A DNA stretch of 61,630 nt, counting the filler. It is 6 parts of 6 records of this genome, joined end to end, with 100 filler letters (N's around TTAATTAATTAA, not from the genome) between each part and the next. Parts side by side here need not be neighbours in the genome. Positions count along the whole stretch, not along the records: positions 29,967 to 35,671 come from DRR723986_13832; positions 35,772 to 50,820 come from DRR723986_13845; 4 more parts are not named here. One strand, 5' to 3'. A model generated the notes under the pieces. It had not been told where the DNA came from. It was given only the letters and a program-made list of their open reading frames with translations, and did not search any database. The translations under genes and the position numbers were made by a program. This document shows, piece after piece, positions 32,685 to 44,044 of this stretch (position 1 is the first letter of the stretch; each line of letters starts with the position of its first letter).

Positions 32685-34883
32685 ATGGCTTTTGCCCACT
32701 CAGATAAAACCGCTGCTCAAATGCCGACCTCGACCGATCAGGTTCAGGCGCGCCCCAAGCTTGAGGGCGGCATTGCCTTTCGTATGGAAACGGAATTTGA
32801 ACCCGCAGGGGATCAACCCACGGCGATTGCCGAACTCAAAGGCGGCATTCAAAGCGGTGAACGTGATCAGGTTCTGCTGGGGGCCACGGGTACGGGCAAA
32901 ACCTTTACCATGGCAAAGATTATCGAGGAAACACAACGCCCTGCGATTATCCTTGCCCCAAACAAAACGCTTGCGGCACAGCTGTATGGGGAATTCAAAG
33001 GTTTCTTTCCAGACAACGCAGTCGAATACTTCGTCTCGTTTTATGACTACTACCAGCCCGAAGCCTATGTGGCGCGCTCAGATACCTATATCGAGAAAGA
33101 AAGCCAGATCAACGAGCAGATCGACAGGATGCGCCACTCGGCCACCCGTGCGTTGCTGGAACGGGATGATGTGATCATTATCGCATCGGTCTCGTGCATC
33201 TACGGTATTGGATCTGTTGAAACCTACGGCGCGATGACTCAGGATCTAAAGGTTGGACACGAATACAATCAGCGCAGCGTGATGAGCGATCTGGTGGCGC
33301 AGCAATACAAGCGAAACGATCAAGCATTCCAGCGCGGGTCTTTTCGGGTGCGCGGCGATTCCCTTGAGATCTTTCCGGCGCACCTTGAAGACCGCGCATG
33401 GCGTTTGTCGTTCTTTGGGGAAGAGCTGGAAGGGATCACAGAATTCGATCCTCTGACGGGCGAAAAAACCGATACCTTTGAACAGATTCGGGTCTATGCG
33501 AATTCGCACTATGTGACGCCAAAGCCGACGATGCAGCAGGCGATGATCCACATTAAACAAGAGTTGCGTCAGACGCTGGACCGCATGGTGGGCGAGGGCA
33601 AACTGCTCGAGGCGCAGCGCCTTGAGCAACGCACCAATTTTGATCTGGAAATGTTAGAGGCGACAGGTGTTTGCAACGGGATCGAGAATTATTCGCGCTA
33701 TCTGACGGGCCGTGCCCCCGGCGAGCCACCCCCAACCCTGTTTGAATTCATTCCCGACAATGCGATTGTCTTTGCGGATGAATCTCATGTGTCCGTGCCG
33801 CAGATCGGCGGGATGTATCGGGGGGATTATCGACGCAAATTCACCTTGGCGGAACACGGATTCCGCCTGCCATCCTGCATGGACAACCGCCCCCTCAAGT
33901 TCGAGGAATGGGATGCGATGCGCCCCCAATCGATCTTTGTGTCGGCGACCCCTTCGGCGTGGGAACTGGAGCAATCCGGTGGTGTGTTTACGGAACAGGT
34001 GATTCGCCCCACTGGTTTGCTTGATCCGCCCGTTGAAATCCGCCCCGTGGGCATGCAGGTCGATGATCTGCTGGACGAGGTGCGCAAAGTGACCGAGACC
34101 GGGTTCCGCACGCTGGTCACCACCCTGACCAAACGCATGGCCGAGGATCTGACCGAATACATGCATGAGCAGGGAATCAAGGTCCGCTACATGCACTCTG
34201 ACATCGACACGCTGGAACGGATTGAGATTTTGCGCGATTTCCGTCTGGGCGCGTTTGATGTGTTGATCGGCATCAACCTGTTGCGCGAGGGGTTGGATAT
34301 TCCCGAATGCGGATTGGTTGCCATTCTGGATGCCGACAAAGAAGGGTTCCTGAGGTCTGAAACATCCCTCGTGCAGACCATCGGTCGCGCCGCACGAAAC
34401 GCCGAAGGGCGTGTGATCATGTATGCGGATAAGATCACCGGTTCGATGGAGCGGGCCATTGGCGAAACCAACCGCCGCCGCGAAAAGCAACAGGCCTATA
34501 ACCTCGAACACGGGATTACCCCGGCGACAGTGAAAAAGAACGTCGAGGATGTCTTGGCTGGCCTCTACAAGGGCGACACGGATATGTCCCGCGTCACCGC
34601 CACCATCGACAAGCCACTCCATGGCGCCAATCTTGAGGCGGTCTTGGATGGCCTGCGAACAGACATGCGCAAGGCAGCAGAGAACCTGGAATTCGAAGAA
34701 GCCGCCCGTCTGCGGGATGAGGTCAAGCGGCTGGAGGCCGTCGATCTGGCCGTGTCCGACGACCCGATGGCACGCCAATACGCCATCGACAAAGCGTCAG
34801 AAGCAGCGGTGAAATCTCGAGGCCGCTCAACCGCGGGCAGGCCGGGGCAACATGGCGGGAATGTGAAACGGCGGAGGCGATAA
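32685..34883 (+). CDS. uvrB: Excinuclease ABC subunit UvrB
   Basis: [22 protein letters not shown] beta-hairpin, DESH, C-terminal UVR domain. Confidence 0.99.
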   Translation: MAFAHSDKTAAQMPTSTDQVQARPKLEGGIAFRMETEFEPAGDQPTAIAELKGGIQSGERDQVLLGATGTGKTFTMAKIIEETQRPAIILAPNKTLAAQLYGEFKGFFPDNAVEYFVSFYDYYQPEAYVARSDTYIEKESQINEQIDRMRHSATRALLERDDVIIIASVSCIYGIGSVETYGAMTQDLKVGHEYNQRSVMSDLVAQQYKRNDQAFQRGSFRVRGDSLEIFPAHLEDRAWRLSFFGEELEGITEFDPLTGEKTDTFEQIRVYANSHYVTPKPTMQQAMIHIKQELRQTLDRMVGEGKLLEAQRLEQRTNFDLEMLEATGVCNGIENYSRYLTGRAPGEPPPTLFEFIPDNAIVFADESHVSVPQIGGMYRGDYRRKFTLAEHGFRLPSCMDNRPLKFEEWDAMRPQSIFVSATPSAWELEQSGGVFTEQVIRPTGLLDPPVEIRPVGMQVDDLLDEVRKVTETGFRTLVTTLTKRMAEDLTEYMHEQGIKVRYMHSDIDTLERIEILRDFRLGAFDVLIGINLLREGLDIPECGLVAILDADKEGFLRSETSLVQTIGRAARNAEGRVIMYADKITGSMERAIGETNRRREKQQAYNLEHGITPATVKKNVEDVLAGLYKGDTDMSRVTATIDKPLHGANLEAVLDGLRTDMRKAAENLEFEEAARLRDEVKRLEAVDLAVSDDPMARQYAIDKASEAAVKSRGRSTAGRPGQHGGNVKRRRR

Positions 34884-35040
34884 AACCTAATCGAGGTTGT
34901 GTTTGGCCCAGAGCCAGACACAAAGGAGGCATTAGAGGGGCTATGTCTGCTTCAACAGATGCTACAGCTCGAAACTCCGAGAGGAACGCAGATTGTCCCC
35001 TCGCGGGTTTCTATCGGCCTCCTAGGAAAAAGAGATCGAT

Positions 35041-35439
35041 TTGAACATTCTGAAAGCCATTGTTCCCGGCATCATCTGCTGTTGCCTACATCCATCCGGT
35101 GCAACCAGCGAAACATCTGTGCCAGTCGCCGAGATCATGAACAGCTTCAAAGTGGCCATTCCCCGTACGGCAAACGGAGAGCTGCTCGAGGGCAAAGGGG
35201 AAATCTTAGGGCATCCGTTCACCTTTACACACAGCAACGTCGATGCGTCCAAGCCATTCAATTTGGCGATATTCTCCAATGACTTGAACCGCAACGACGC
35301 ATTCAGCGCTGCGGTCCTGCTAACCAGTACGCTTTGCTTGGTTAAGCATAAAAAATCAGTAGGGCTGTATCCAAAGAACACCCACGCAGTCGAGGGAACC
35401 CATCAGTACGAATATGTTGGCTCATGCAGCCGCAAATGA
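35041..35439 (+). CDS. Hypothetical secreted protein
   Basis: TTG start, hydrophobic N-terminus, followed by a terminator; no recognisable family. Confidence 0.5.
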   Translation: MNILKAIVPGIICCCLHPSGATSETSVPVAEIMNSFKVAIPRTANGELLEGKGEILGHPFTFTHSNVDASKPFNLAIFSNDLNRNDAFSAAVLLTSTLCLVKHKKSVGLYPKNTHAVEGTHQYEYVGSCSRK

Positions 35440-35509
35440 GCGGCCGTCTATTGCCTAGGCTGAGAGACACACAATTGTCAGCGTTCAGCGCATCCTTCTG
35501 ATGAATAGC

Positions 35510-35542
35510 AAAAAAGGCCGCTCCGGACTGGAGCGGCCTTTT
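35510..35542. terminator. Bidirectional Rho-independent terminator
   Basis: AAAAAA-GGCCGCTCC-GGACT-GGAGCGGCC-TTTT. Confidence 0.85.
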
Positions 35543-35671
35543 CTATTTCTGAGCCGAGTGCTGATGCCGCATTCTCGTGATCTTTCTTTCAGAAAGACAC
35601 TGCCATGCGGCATCCCACCGGTAACTTTGCCTCAGGCAAAGTTACTCGATGATTTTTGACACAACGCCGGC

Positions 35672-35771
35672 NNNNNNNNNNNNNNNNNNNNNNNNNNNNN
35701 NNNNNNNNNNNNNNNTTAATTAATTAANNNNNNNNNNNNNNNNNNNNNNNNNNNNNNNNNNNNNNNNNNNN
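35672..35771. other. Artificial contig spacer
   Basis: N44-TTAATTAATTAA-N44. Confidence 0.98.
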
Positions 35772-36189
35772 TAGGGCTCGACCCGGTGGTTTTGAGGCTT
35801 GAATAATCCTCAAATCCGCATAACATCCAAGCCCAAAATCCCAAAGTCTCCAAGCATCTCCAAGCCTCCAGACTCATCACCCAACAACTAACAAGAAAAT
35901 CGCCCAAGCCTGAGCCAAGCAGCGAAGCGCGCAGCTCAAAGCGCCAATCCTCAATCCAGAACAATCACAAATGTGAGCCAGGCCGCCGCCGCCACAGACA
36001 AGTAATACACCTGTGCCCAAGAAGAATACAAGGCCCAAGACCAAGCCGGAATCAGGCCATTTTGGCGCCGGACATCCGCTGAACACTGCCTCCGGGCCTG
36101 GGCCGAGGACGCAATTTTTTTAGATGCAGGACTTCTATACGACACTGAAAGTTTTTGGAATCAGCTTCTATAGGTATTTTCAGATGGGC

Positions 36190-36579
36190 ATGAAGGCACG
36201 GACGGCTACGATTCTGAACCTGCTGGGACTGGCGGTGATCGCTTTTGTGGTGATCTACCTGACAGCGCCGATACTGCTGGATGCCCGTGATGTTGATGTT
36301 AGCCTGCATCCGCGCTCGCTGCCGCCGGACGGACGCTCGCAGGCCGAACTGACAGTTGAGTTCCTGAATGAATTGGGAATGACTGTTGACGCCGCCGACC
36401 GCAAAGTTGTGTTTACAATTGTGGAAGGTCATGCTTCTGCCACCCTTGAGTCGAAGACTGGGCAGATGGCGGTGCTGCGTGCCGGGCTGGTTCCCGGACT
36501 GGTGCGCATTCAAGTGTTTGTGGAGGGATTTGGGCTGCCGCGCGAGCTTGTGCTTAGCGTAGAGCCGCAACTGACCTGA
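36190..36579 (+). CDS. Membrane-anchored protein with Ig-like (Big_1/invasin-like) domain
   Basis: N-terminal TM, then SLPPDGRSQAELTV...VVFTI...G...AVLRAG pattern; start uncertain. Confidence 0.55.
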   Translation: MKARTATILNLLGLAVIAFVVIYLTAPILLDARDVDVSLHPRSLPPDGRSQAELTVEFLNELGMTVDAADRKVVFTIVEGHASATLESKTGQMAVLRAGLVPGLVRIQVFVEGFGLPRELVLSVEPQLT

Positions 36580-36700
36580 CTTCCGGCCGGAACCAAATTC
36601 CTTTCCGCGCCGTTTTGGCCACACTCGTGTTGCTAAACGGCAGTATCCCGAGACGGTTTACCCCGAGATTTTTATCCCTATGCTTACCGGAGAAATATCT

Positions 36701-39700
36701 ATGACATTCGCGACGACGGGCCCTCGACGTTTTGCGTCCTTATTAGTAGTCCTGTTACTCACCTGCCTTGTGCTGCCTACAGATGGCGTGGCGCTCGAAC
36801 GCCCCAGCGTTGATCCAGCAGGTGTAGCGGGACATTATTCCGTCCTCAAATCCGGTGAGCAGCGCGCTGACGGCTTCTCCACGCCTGCCGTTTTGACGCG
36901 CGACGTCCGCCCTGAGCCAGAAACGTATCTGCCTCAGATGCTGATCGTCAAAACCCGCACTCTGCACACTACGCCCAAAGGCGCGCGTGGCTTCTTAAAC
37001 GCCACGCTGCAATCCAGCCTGCAGGGCCTGGTAGTGCGCGAAATCTCAACGCCATTCCCGGCTTACAACAGCGGCGACGCGCTGGCAAGTGACGTTGCGG
37101 GCGTGGGACGCATCCACGAAATCAGCTTTGAAGCTGAGATTGACGCCTGGGATGCCGCTCAAAAATTGATGGAAAACCCTGAAGTTGAATATGCCGAGCC
37201 GGTCTACCGCCGCTATTCTACCTTCACACCCAACGACCCGCGCCTGGGCCAGCAGTATCATCTGGACCGCATTGAGGCCGAAGCGGCCTGGGACGTGACG
37301 CAGGGCAACTCCAATGTTGTCATCGCAATCATCGACTCCGGGACTGACTACGAACACGAAGATCTGGACGATAACATCTGGGTTAATGAAGACGAAATCC
37401 CGAACAACAATCGCGATGATGACAACAATGGATTTATCGACGATGTGCGCGGATGGGACTTTGTTGGTAATGTGAGCCAGAATCAAATCTTCTCCGGTCA
37501 GTTTCAGCCGGACAACGATCCCAAACCGCGTGGCGGCATCAATAGCCAGACCAATCACGGAACAATTGTTGCAGGCTGCGCGGCAGCAAATACGCACAAC
37601 AATACCGGCGTGGCTGCAATTGGCTACAATTCCACGATTATGCCTGTAAAAGTGGGCTCCGACAATGCGAACCTGCGCGGCATTTATCGCGGGTACCAAG
37701 CGATTTTGTACGCCGCCGAGAATGGCGCGGACATCATCAATTGCTCCTGGGGCGGCTATGGGCGCCAAAATTCCGAGCAGGATGTGATTGACCAGGCCAA
37801 CGCCCTGGGCGCACTGGTTGTTGTCTCCTCCGGCAATGAAGGTTACCACACCGACCGCGACATAACATTCTACCCTGCCAACTACGACGGTGTGTTTAAC
37901 GTTGGCGCCAGCAACGCCTCCGAGCGCGTCACGGGCTTTTCCAACTTTGGTGCTTTTACACGCATTTACGCACCTGGGGCGAGCATCTGGAGTACGGCCT
38001 TAGATAACAACTATTCTGCGGCTTCGGGGACGTCTTTTTCGTCACCGATTGTCTCGGGAATTGCCGCACTTGTTAAAGCGCAACATCCCAACTGGACGGC
38101 TAAACAAATTATGCATCAGATTCGCAGTACGAGCGACGATGTATTTTCCGGTGGTGATGAATTAGTTCAAATGCTGTACTACGGACGTGTTAACGCCTTC
38201 CGCGCGGTTGACATGAATTCGAGTTTTAACTCCGGCAGAACGATTCCAGGCATTAGCCACGAAGAATTGCTGATCCAGAATGACAGCGGTCTGCTGGACA
38301 GTTATGAAGAAACGACGCTGCGCCTGGTGATTCGCAATTACCTCGGTACAGCCACGCGCCTTAACGTTGAATTCACTTCGCTGGACGGTTATGTAGATTT
38401 TTCGGATGCGCCGGTTAACATCGGCACGCTGCAAAATGATCGCACGCGCAATGTAGAAGTTGGCATGCTGCTTAACAATAAAATGCCGTGGTCGACAGGT
38501 TACCTGGATGTCCTCGTCACGTATCGCGCCGACAACTACGTCGACTTTGAGCGCCTGCGTGTACCGGTTGGACTGGCGGGCGGTACTGGTGGCAATCTGC
38601 GTTTTCCAAGCCAGATTGTCAGCGACTTAACATCTACTGTTTGGCAGTCGGCTTCAACGCCTGACGGCTCCAGTTTATGGACGGCGGGGCAGACGCGTCT
38701 TGGCAATACAACTGTCGGGATTTCTGCACGTGCCACACAGAGTGGTTTCCAGTCGGTCACGATTGGCCAGGGTTCCAACTTCCCGCGCAACCCGGTTTAT
38801 TCGATTGCCGGAGTTACGGGCCAGCTGGCGTACGTCTCTTCCAACGCAGCCAGTGGTGGCGGAACGGCCGTATGGCGCACAGCCAATGGCGGCAACACCT
38901 GGCAGGCCGTGGGCGGTTCACTCGATAATATTACGCCGTTTATTAACGACGTTCATTTCTTTGACGCGCAAAACGGTGTGGTACTTGGTGATCCAAATGG
39001 CACCAGCTGGGGTGTGGCGGTAACCAGCGACGGTGGCAATAATTGGACGGCTGCTTCACAAATTGGGCCGGCACTTAACGACGAAGCCGGACTGGTGGGC
39101 GCTTCCGCCCGCCATGGTGACAACGTCTGGTTCGGCACAAATACCGGCCGCGTGTTTTACAGTACAACACAGGGTCGCACCTGGAAAAGTGCAGTTGTGT
39201 TTAACGGCAAACAAATTACCGAACTGGCTTTCCGCTCGCCGATGGAAGGCATTGCGATTTATCGCGATGCGGGCAACGCCAACGCCGAACTCGAAGTTGC
39301 TTCAACAACTGACGGTGGTGGCACCTGGCAACGCGATGTTAACACACTCGCCGATTACGACGTACGTAGCGTTGCCGCTTATGGCGCACCGGGTGCGTTT
39401 GACAATATTATTATTGGCGAAAATGGCGAAGTTGTCAGCACACTGGACGAAGGTGAAAACTTTGCACCAATTTTGACGCCGACGATCGGGCCAACGGTGC
39501 AGGGCGCAGCCTTTTCCAACGGCACAACAGCACGCGTTTGGCGTGTACACGTCTCGGGTGTTTCCTACGCCGATATTAACGTCACGCCAATTCCCGAGCC
39601 AAAAGTCACGGAAGTTGACCGGACCTCGATTGTATTCGGTACGGTATTTTTAACCGAATCAGCAACTGAGGAAGTCATTATCAGCAGCAAAGGAACCGAT

Positions 39701-40195
39701 GCCGTCACGCTGGACATCAGTGTGCAGGACGAGGACAACTTTTCGATCGTAGGCACGCCGCCGACAACACTTGCGAGTGGCGAAACTTACACGCTGACAA
39801 TCAGGTTTAATCCGCAGACTACGGGCTTCAAAAATACGCGTCTGGTGATTAACAGCGATGGTGGTTCACACGAGATTTCCATGCGCGGGATTGGCAGCGA
39901 AATTGAAACCACGGTCGGCGAGGTTCGCGAAGGCAGCTTAACATTACACGCCGTTAGTCCAAGTCCAGCCAGCGATATAGCGACGGCACGTTTTGAACTG
40001 GCGGAAGCCGGCGATGTACGCCTGGAAGTCATTGACGTCACGGGCCGCACACTGCTGACACCGTTTAACGCGTTTGCGAATGCGGGCGAGCAGCTTGTAA
40101 ACCTGAATGCCGCCAGCTTAACAGCGGGTGTTTACATGTTGCGTTTAAGCACCGGTTCCACGCAGGTGGTGCGCAGCTTTGTGATTAATCGCTAA
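36701..40195 (+). CDS. S8 subtilase with BNR/Ycf48-like propeller, Ig-like domain and T9SS C-terminal domain
   Basis: Catalytic triad motifs IIDSG, HGTIVAG, SGTSFSSP; TANGGNTW/TSDGGNNW/TTDGGGTW Asp-box repeats; tail VIDVTGR...GVYMLRL. Start 36680 or 36701. Confidence 0.92.
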   Translation: MTFATTGPRRFASLLVVLLLTCLVLPTDGVALERPSVDPAGVAGHYSVLKSGEQRADGFSTPAVLTRDVRPEPETYLPQMLIVKTRTLHTTPKGARGFLNATLQSSLQGLVVREISTPFPAYNSGDALASDVAGVGRIHEISFEAEIDAWDAAQKLMENPEVEYAEPVYRRYSTFTPNDPRLGQQYHLDRIEAEAAWDVTQGNSNVVIAIIDSGTDYEHEDLDDNIWVNEDEIPNNNRDDDNNGFIDDVRGWDFVGNVSQNQIFSGQFQPDNDPKPRGGINSQTNHGTIVAGCAAANTHNNTGVAAIGYNSTIMPVKVGSDNANLRGIYRGYQAILYAAENGADIINCSWGGYGRQNSEQDVIDQANALGALVVVSSGNEGYHTDRDITFYPANYDGVFNVGASNASERVTGFSNFGAFTRIYAPGASIWSTALDNNYSAASGTSFSSPIVSGIAALVKAQHPNWTAKQIMHQIRSTSDDVFSGGDELVQMLYYGRVNAFRAVDMNSSFNSGRTIPGISHEELLIQNDSGLLDSYEETTLRLVIRNYLGTATRLNVEFTSLDGYVDFSDAPVNIGTLQNDRTRNVEVGMLLNNKMPWSTGYLDVLVTYRADNYVDFERLRVPVGLAGGTGGNLRFPSQIVSDLTSTVWQSASTPDGSSLWTAGQTRLGNTTVGISARATQSGFQSVTIGQGSNFPRNPVYSIAGVTGQLAYVSSNAASGGGTAVWRTANGGNTWQAVGGSLDNITPFINDVHFFDAQNGVVLGDPNGTSWGVAVTSDGGNNWTAASQIGPALNDEAGLVGASARHGDNVWFGTNTGRVFYSTTQGRTWKSAVVFNGKQITELAFRSPMEGIAIYRDAGNANAELEVASTTDGGGTWQRDVNTLADYDVRSVAAYGAPGAFDNIIIGENGEVVSTLDEGENFAPILTPTIGPTVQGAAFSNGTTARVWRVHVSGVSYADINVTPIPEPKVTEVDRTSIVFGTVFLTESATEEVIISSKGTDAVTLDISVQDEDNFSIVGTPPTTLASGETYTLTIRFNPQTTGFKNTRLVINSDGGSHEISMRGIGSEIETTVGEVREGSLTLHAVSPSPASDIATARFELAEAGDVRLEVIDVTGRTLLTPFNAFANAGEQLVNLNAASLTAGVYMLRLSTGSTQVVRSFVINR

Positions 40196-40236
40196 GTTTG
40201 CTAACGCTGGTCATTTTAGCGTTTGCAGATAGTTTT

Positions 40237-40273
40237 GCCCCGCTCCGACCTTGTGTTGGGGCGGGGCTTTTTT
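40237..40273 (+). terminator. Rho-independent terminator
   Basis: GCCCCGCTCCGAC-CTTGT-GTTGGGGCGGGGC-TTTTTT. Confidence 0.88.
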
Positions 40274-40547
40274 GTGTTTAAGTCTCCTGAGGCGGCCTTG
40301 TCTTTGAGATTGTTTTGGGTATGTGTCCTGAGTTTTGAGCGCTTCGCCTCCTGCCCCGACTTCGCGGGATCAGTTGGGCTTGCTGTTTCTTTTTGTTTGT
40401 CGCTGTACTGGAAGCTGCAAACTGATTTGCCGGTGACAAAAAACATTGAGTTTAAAATACTTGGGGATTGCGGCGCGGTGCCTAACAATAGGAAGAAACA
40501 AGCCACCGTATGAAATAAAGGGGGGCGAAGTGCTCTGCGTTGTCAGG

Positions 40548-41153
40548 TTATTTGCGACTCGCATTTTCTCGTTTGCGACGATTCTGTATTTCAAGTTTAT
40601 CGTGCCACCACAGTGCTTCGGCCAAATCCTCTACTTCTCCCAGGGACGGATCCGGGAACAATTCCGCAGGCTCCCACGCCATCGCCATTGAATACATACT
40701 GGGAGACGTCATCACCAGCGTCGGCGTCACTTTAACATCAAACATATCAAACACGCGCGCTAGTTTCCGGCGTCCAAGCTTCCGGCGCATGCCCTTGCTG
40801 AGCAGCTCTATATCGAAGAGAACATTAACATTGCGCCCGATGCGTTGCCGCAGTTTATCGGCACGCGACTGAAGTTGCCGGGGATCGTAACAGGTGGGCA
40901 ACATCACCCAAAACTCAAAATAATGGAAGCCGGCCAATTCATCAATTTGATCGACGAGGCATTGCAATTGTTCTGAGGGCGCAGATTCGTCAACCAAAAC
41001 AATTAGGCGTGCAGTGTAATTCGGGTAATTGTACAATACCACGGTATCTCCGTCGGCAGTTAACCCCACTGGCGGCCAAGTACTTTCTGCCTGCAGTCGT
41101 GCCTGCGACAGTTCACATATTAAAATCAGACAAAGAAATACGTACCGGCGCAT
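40548..41153 (-). CDS. Secreted hypothetical protein, possible thioredoxin-like fold without CxxC
   Basis: Signal peptide; GDTVVL...VLFD...MFDVKVTPTLV resembles the TlpA/AhpC layout with cis-Pro. Confidence 0.5.
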   Translation of the reverse strand: MRRYVFLCLILICELSQARLQAESTWPPVGLTADGDTVVLYNYPNYTARLIVLVDESAPSEQLQCLVDQIDELAGFHYFEFWVMLPTCYDPRQLQSRADKLRQRIGRNVNVLFDIELLSKGMRRKLGRRKLARVFDMFDVKVTPTLVMTSPSMYSMAMAWEPAELFPDPSLGEVEDLAEALWWHDKLEIQNRRKRENASRK

Positions 41154-41372
41154 GGAGGAACTCCTTCCGAATGTTAAGCCGATTGGCGGCAAAGTTTGGA
41201 ACTTATCAATGTGATGCGGCACAACGAGAGGGACCGGTGCAGCGTGGTACTGAGAGGGTAATGCGGCAGCCAAAATTTAGTCACAAACAATTTTGGCAAA
41301 AAAAACAAACGGCCCGCACAACATGTACGGACCCTCGGATCGATCAGTCAAATAAACCAGAAGCCACAGCGC

Positions 41373-42665
41373 TTAAGGAGTGGTGTCAATTATAAACATC
41401 TCGGGCAGAAATAACACACCCGCAAGTACCAGAATCTGCAGAATGATAAATGGCGTAACGCCGCGATAAATCTGTCCGGTTGTTAACGTATCGGGTGCCG
41501 CGCCTTTGAGGTAAAACAGCGAAAATCCAAAAGGCGGCGTCAGGAATGACGTCTGCAAGTTTAATGCGATTAAGATCCCAAACCAGACGGGGTCGATGCC
41601 AAAGCCGGCCGCAATTGGCGCGAGAATTGGAACGACGATGTAGGAGATTTCCACGAAATCAATAAAGAAACCAAGCAGTAGAACCACCAGCATTGAGATG
41701 ATCAGGAAACCCCACTCGCCGCCCGGCAAACTTGTTAATATATCGGCGACGGCTTCTTCACCACCGGTAAACGAAAAGACCATTGAGAAAGCGGTGGCGC
41801 CAATCAGAATCATGAAGATCATTGACGTGACTTTGACAGTCTCAAAGGCCGAGTCAAACAGCATTTTAAATGAGAACCTGCGGTATACAAGCGCCAGCAG
41901 CGCAGCGCCGGCAACTCCAACTGCCGCCGACTCGGTTGGCGTGGCAACCCCGGCAAAGATTGAACCGAGAACCAGAATGATTAACACGAGTGGTGGAACG
42001 ATAGCTTTAAGAGCCGCACCATAGCGCTGCAAAGCCGGGCGTTCGTCACGCGGTAAAGCCGGCGCTTTGGATGGACTGACGAGTGCCACAATCAGGATGT
42101 AGCCAATATAAACCAGTGCCAGAATCGCTCCAGGCAGAGCAGCGGCCTTAAACAAGTCTCCGACGGGCACCTGCAGGACTTCGCCCAGAATAATTAACAC
42201 AATGGAGGGCGGAATAATTTGTCCGAGTGTTCCCGAGGCACAGATCGTACCGGCAGCCAACTCTGGATCGTAGTTATATTTTAACATTACCGGCAGAGCA
42301 ATCACGGCCATTGCGACAACACTGGCGCCTACCACGCCCGTAGAAGCTGCCAGGATAGCGCCCACGAGTACAGTCGAAACAGCTACGCCGCCGCGCACAC
42401 GTCCAAACAGCGTACCCATGGATTCGAGCAGACGCTCGGCCATGCCCGACTTCTGCAGAATGATTCCCATCAGGATAAAGAGCGGTACCGCCATCAGCGT
42501 GATATTTGTCATCAACGCATAGATGCGGTAGGGCAGCATGCGGAAGAGATCGAGGCTGTCGGTGACCATGGCATAAAACAGAGCCACGCCGCCAAAGCTG
42601 AAGGCCACCGAAAAGCCGATTAACAGAACGATAAAAGCCAGACCAAAAAGTATTAAACCTTTCAT
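41373..42665 (-). CDS. dctM: TRAP transporter large permease DctM
   Basis: AVPLFILMG, GTLGQIIPPSI, ATPTESAAVG, QTSFLTPPFG. Confidence 0.93.
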   Translation of the reverse strand: MKGLILFGLAFIVLLIGFSVAFSFGGVALFYAMVTDSLDLFRMLPYRIYALMTNITLMAVPLFILMGIILQKSGMAERLLESMGTLFGRVRGGVAVSTVLVGAILAASTGVVGASVVAMAVIALPVMLKYNYDPELAAGTICASGTLGQIIPPSIVLIILGEVLQVPVGDLFKAAALPGAILALVYIGYILIVALVSPSKAPALPRDERPALQRYGAALKAIVPPLVLIILVLGSIFAGVATPTESAAVGVAGAALLALVYRRFSFKMLFDSAFETVKVTSMIFMILIGATAFSMVFSFTGGEEAVADILTSLPGGEWGFLIISMLVVLLLGFFIDFVEISYIVVPILAPIAAGFGIDPVWFGILIALNLQTSFLTPPFGFSLFYLKGAAPDTLTTGQIYRGVTPFIILQILVLAGVLFLPEMFIIDTTP

Positions 42666-43225
42666 GCCGCGCCTCCGCCGTCCGTATCTGCCAACTCTGC
42701 ACGGCTGTCACCTCCTGAGTTATCAGCCTGAAAAATGCGCAGGTTGCGCAGGAAAAAGCCAACAGCCGAGATGGATGTTAACAGAAATGCGAACGGGATC
42801 GTGGCTTTGATCAGGAAAGTCCAGGGCAGTCCACCGGGATCGGGCGATTTCTCACCTATCTCAAACGAATAGGCCACAAAACTCCAGGAATGCACCACGA
42901 TTAGACTGGCGAGCGGCAGGACAAAGAGGAGTACACCCGCCATGTTAATCAGCGCCTGGGTCCGCGGACGTTGGCGCGCGTAGAAGATGTCCACACGCAC
43001 ATGCGCATCGGCGCTAAGAGTGCAGCTGATGCCAAACAGAAATACCATAGCATATAAATGCCATTCCAACTCCTGCATGGCGATTGATCCGCTGCTGAAA
43101 CCGTAACGCAAAATCACATCAGCGAATGTGATTACAACGAGGAGTATCAGCAGCAGCGCCGCAAATTTTCCAGCCAGGTCTGAGAGCCTGTGAATTCCTG
43201 ACTCTAAAGGAGAAGCCGCGCGCAT
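42662..43225 (-). CDS. dctQ: TRAP transporter small permease DctQ
   Basis: DVILRY, MQELEWHLY, HVRVDIFY, EKSPDPGGLP; start uncertain. Confidence 0.92.
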   Translation of the reverse strand: MRAASPLESGIHRLSDLAGKFAALLLILLVVITFADVILRYGFSSGSIAMQELEWHLYAMVFLFGISCTLSADAHVRVDIFYARQRPRTQALINMAGVLLFVLPLASLIVVHSWSFVAYSFEIGEKSPDPGGLPWTFLIKATIPFAFLLTSISAVGFFLRNLRIFQADNSGGDSRAELADTDGGGAA

Positions 43226-43418
43226 TGCACATCCGTCCAGCAATTGAGAAAAGTCTTTTTGACAAAGGCGTCAATTTACGACGGCACGTAACAGAATCAC
43301 AACGTAATGGGATCGTGCACGGCGGGCAGCCAATACGGCTTTTGTGGTTCGCGCGGCAATGTGTAAACTTGTGGATATGTTATGAAGGCTTGCTGTTTAC
43401 TTGATCCGGGACGGAAGA

Positions 43419-43961
43419 ATGCGAATCAACAAAGAAAAGACATGCGCGGTAGTGATAGACGTTCAGGAACGCCTCTTTCCGCATATTCACGACCATTACG
43501 CTCTGGAACTTAAAATCGTCACGCTGCTCAACGGCCTGCGTGAGCTGGATGTTCCAGTGCTCGTGACGCAGCAATACACCAAAGGCCTGGGGCCGACGAT
43601 TGCCGCAATTACCGAGACGCTGAATGACTTCACGCATATTGAGAAAACGAGCTTCAGCTGCTGGGGTGAACGCCACTTTGAGGAGGCGCTGGAAACGATG
43701 GGCAAAAACTGTGTGATCCTGATGGGAGTTGAAACCCATGTTTGTGTTCAGCAAACGGCTTTGGACCTGCTGGCGCATAACTACACGCCAGTTATCATCG
43801 CTGATGCCGTATCCTCGCGTTCCGCACTGGATCGCCAGGTAGCGCTGGACAGAATGCGCCAGGCCGGAGCGATCATTACCACCGTTGAGTCCATATTGTT
43901 TGAACTTTGTAAGGTGGCAGGCACGCCGGCCTTTAAAGCCATTTCCAAGCTCGTCAAATAG
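43419..43961 (+). CDS. Isochorismatase-family hydrolase (YcaC/ISOC-like)
   Basis: VIDVQERL, EKTSFSC, GVETHVCVQQTALD. Confidence 0.92.
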   Translation: MRINKEKTCAVVIDVQERLFPHIHDHYALELKIVTLLNGLRELDVPVLVTQQYTKGLGPTIAAITETLNDFTHIEKTSFSCWGERHFEEALETMGKNCVILMGVETHVCVQQTALDLLAHNYTPVIIADAVSSRSALDRQVALDRMRQAGAIITTVESILFELCKVAGTPAFKAISKLVK

Positions 43962-44044
43962 CCCGTGCCGACATCCGTCCCCACGGTGCGATACGGGGCG
44001 TCTCCCTAACACGCGCCCCGCCTACCAAAATTCGGTCCGCACAC

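Noticed and set aside
33654-34778. Long antisense ORFs (also 24514-25392, 44816-45748, 58818-59906, 3811-4617)
   Set aside because: They are shadows of well-supported genes on the opposite strand, with no recognisable motifs.
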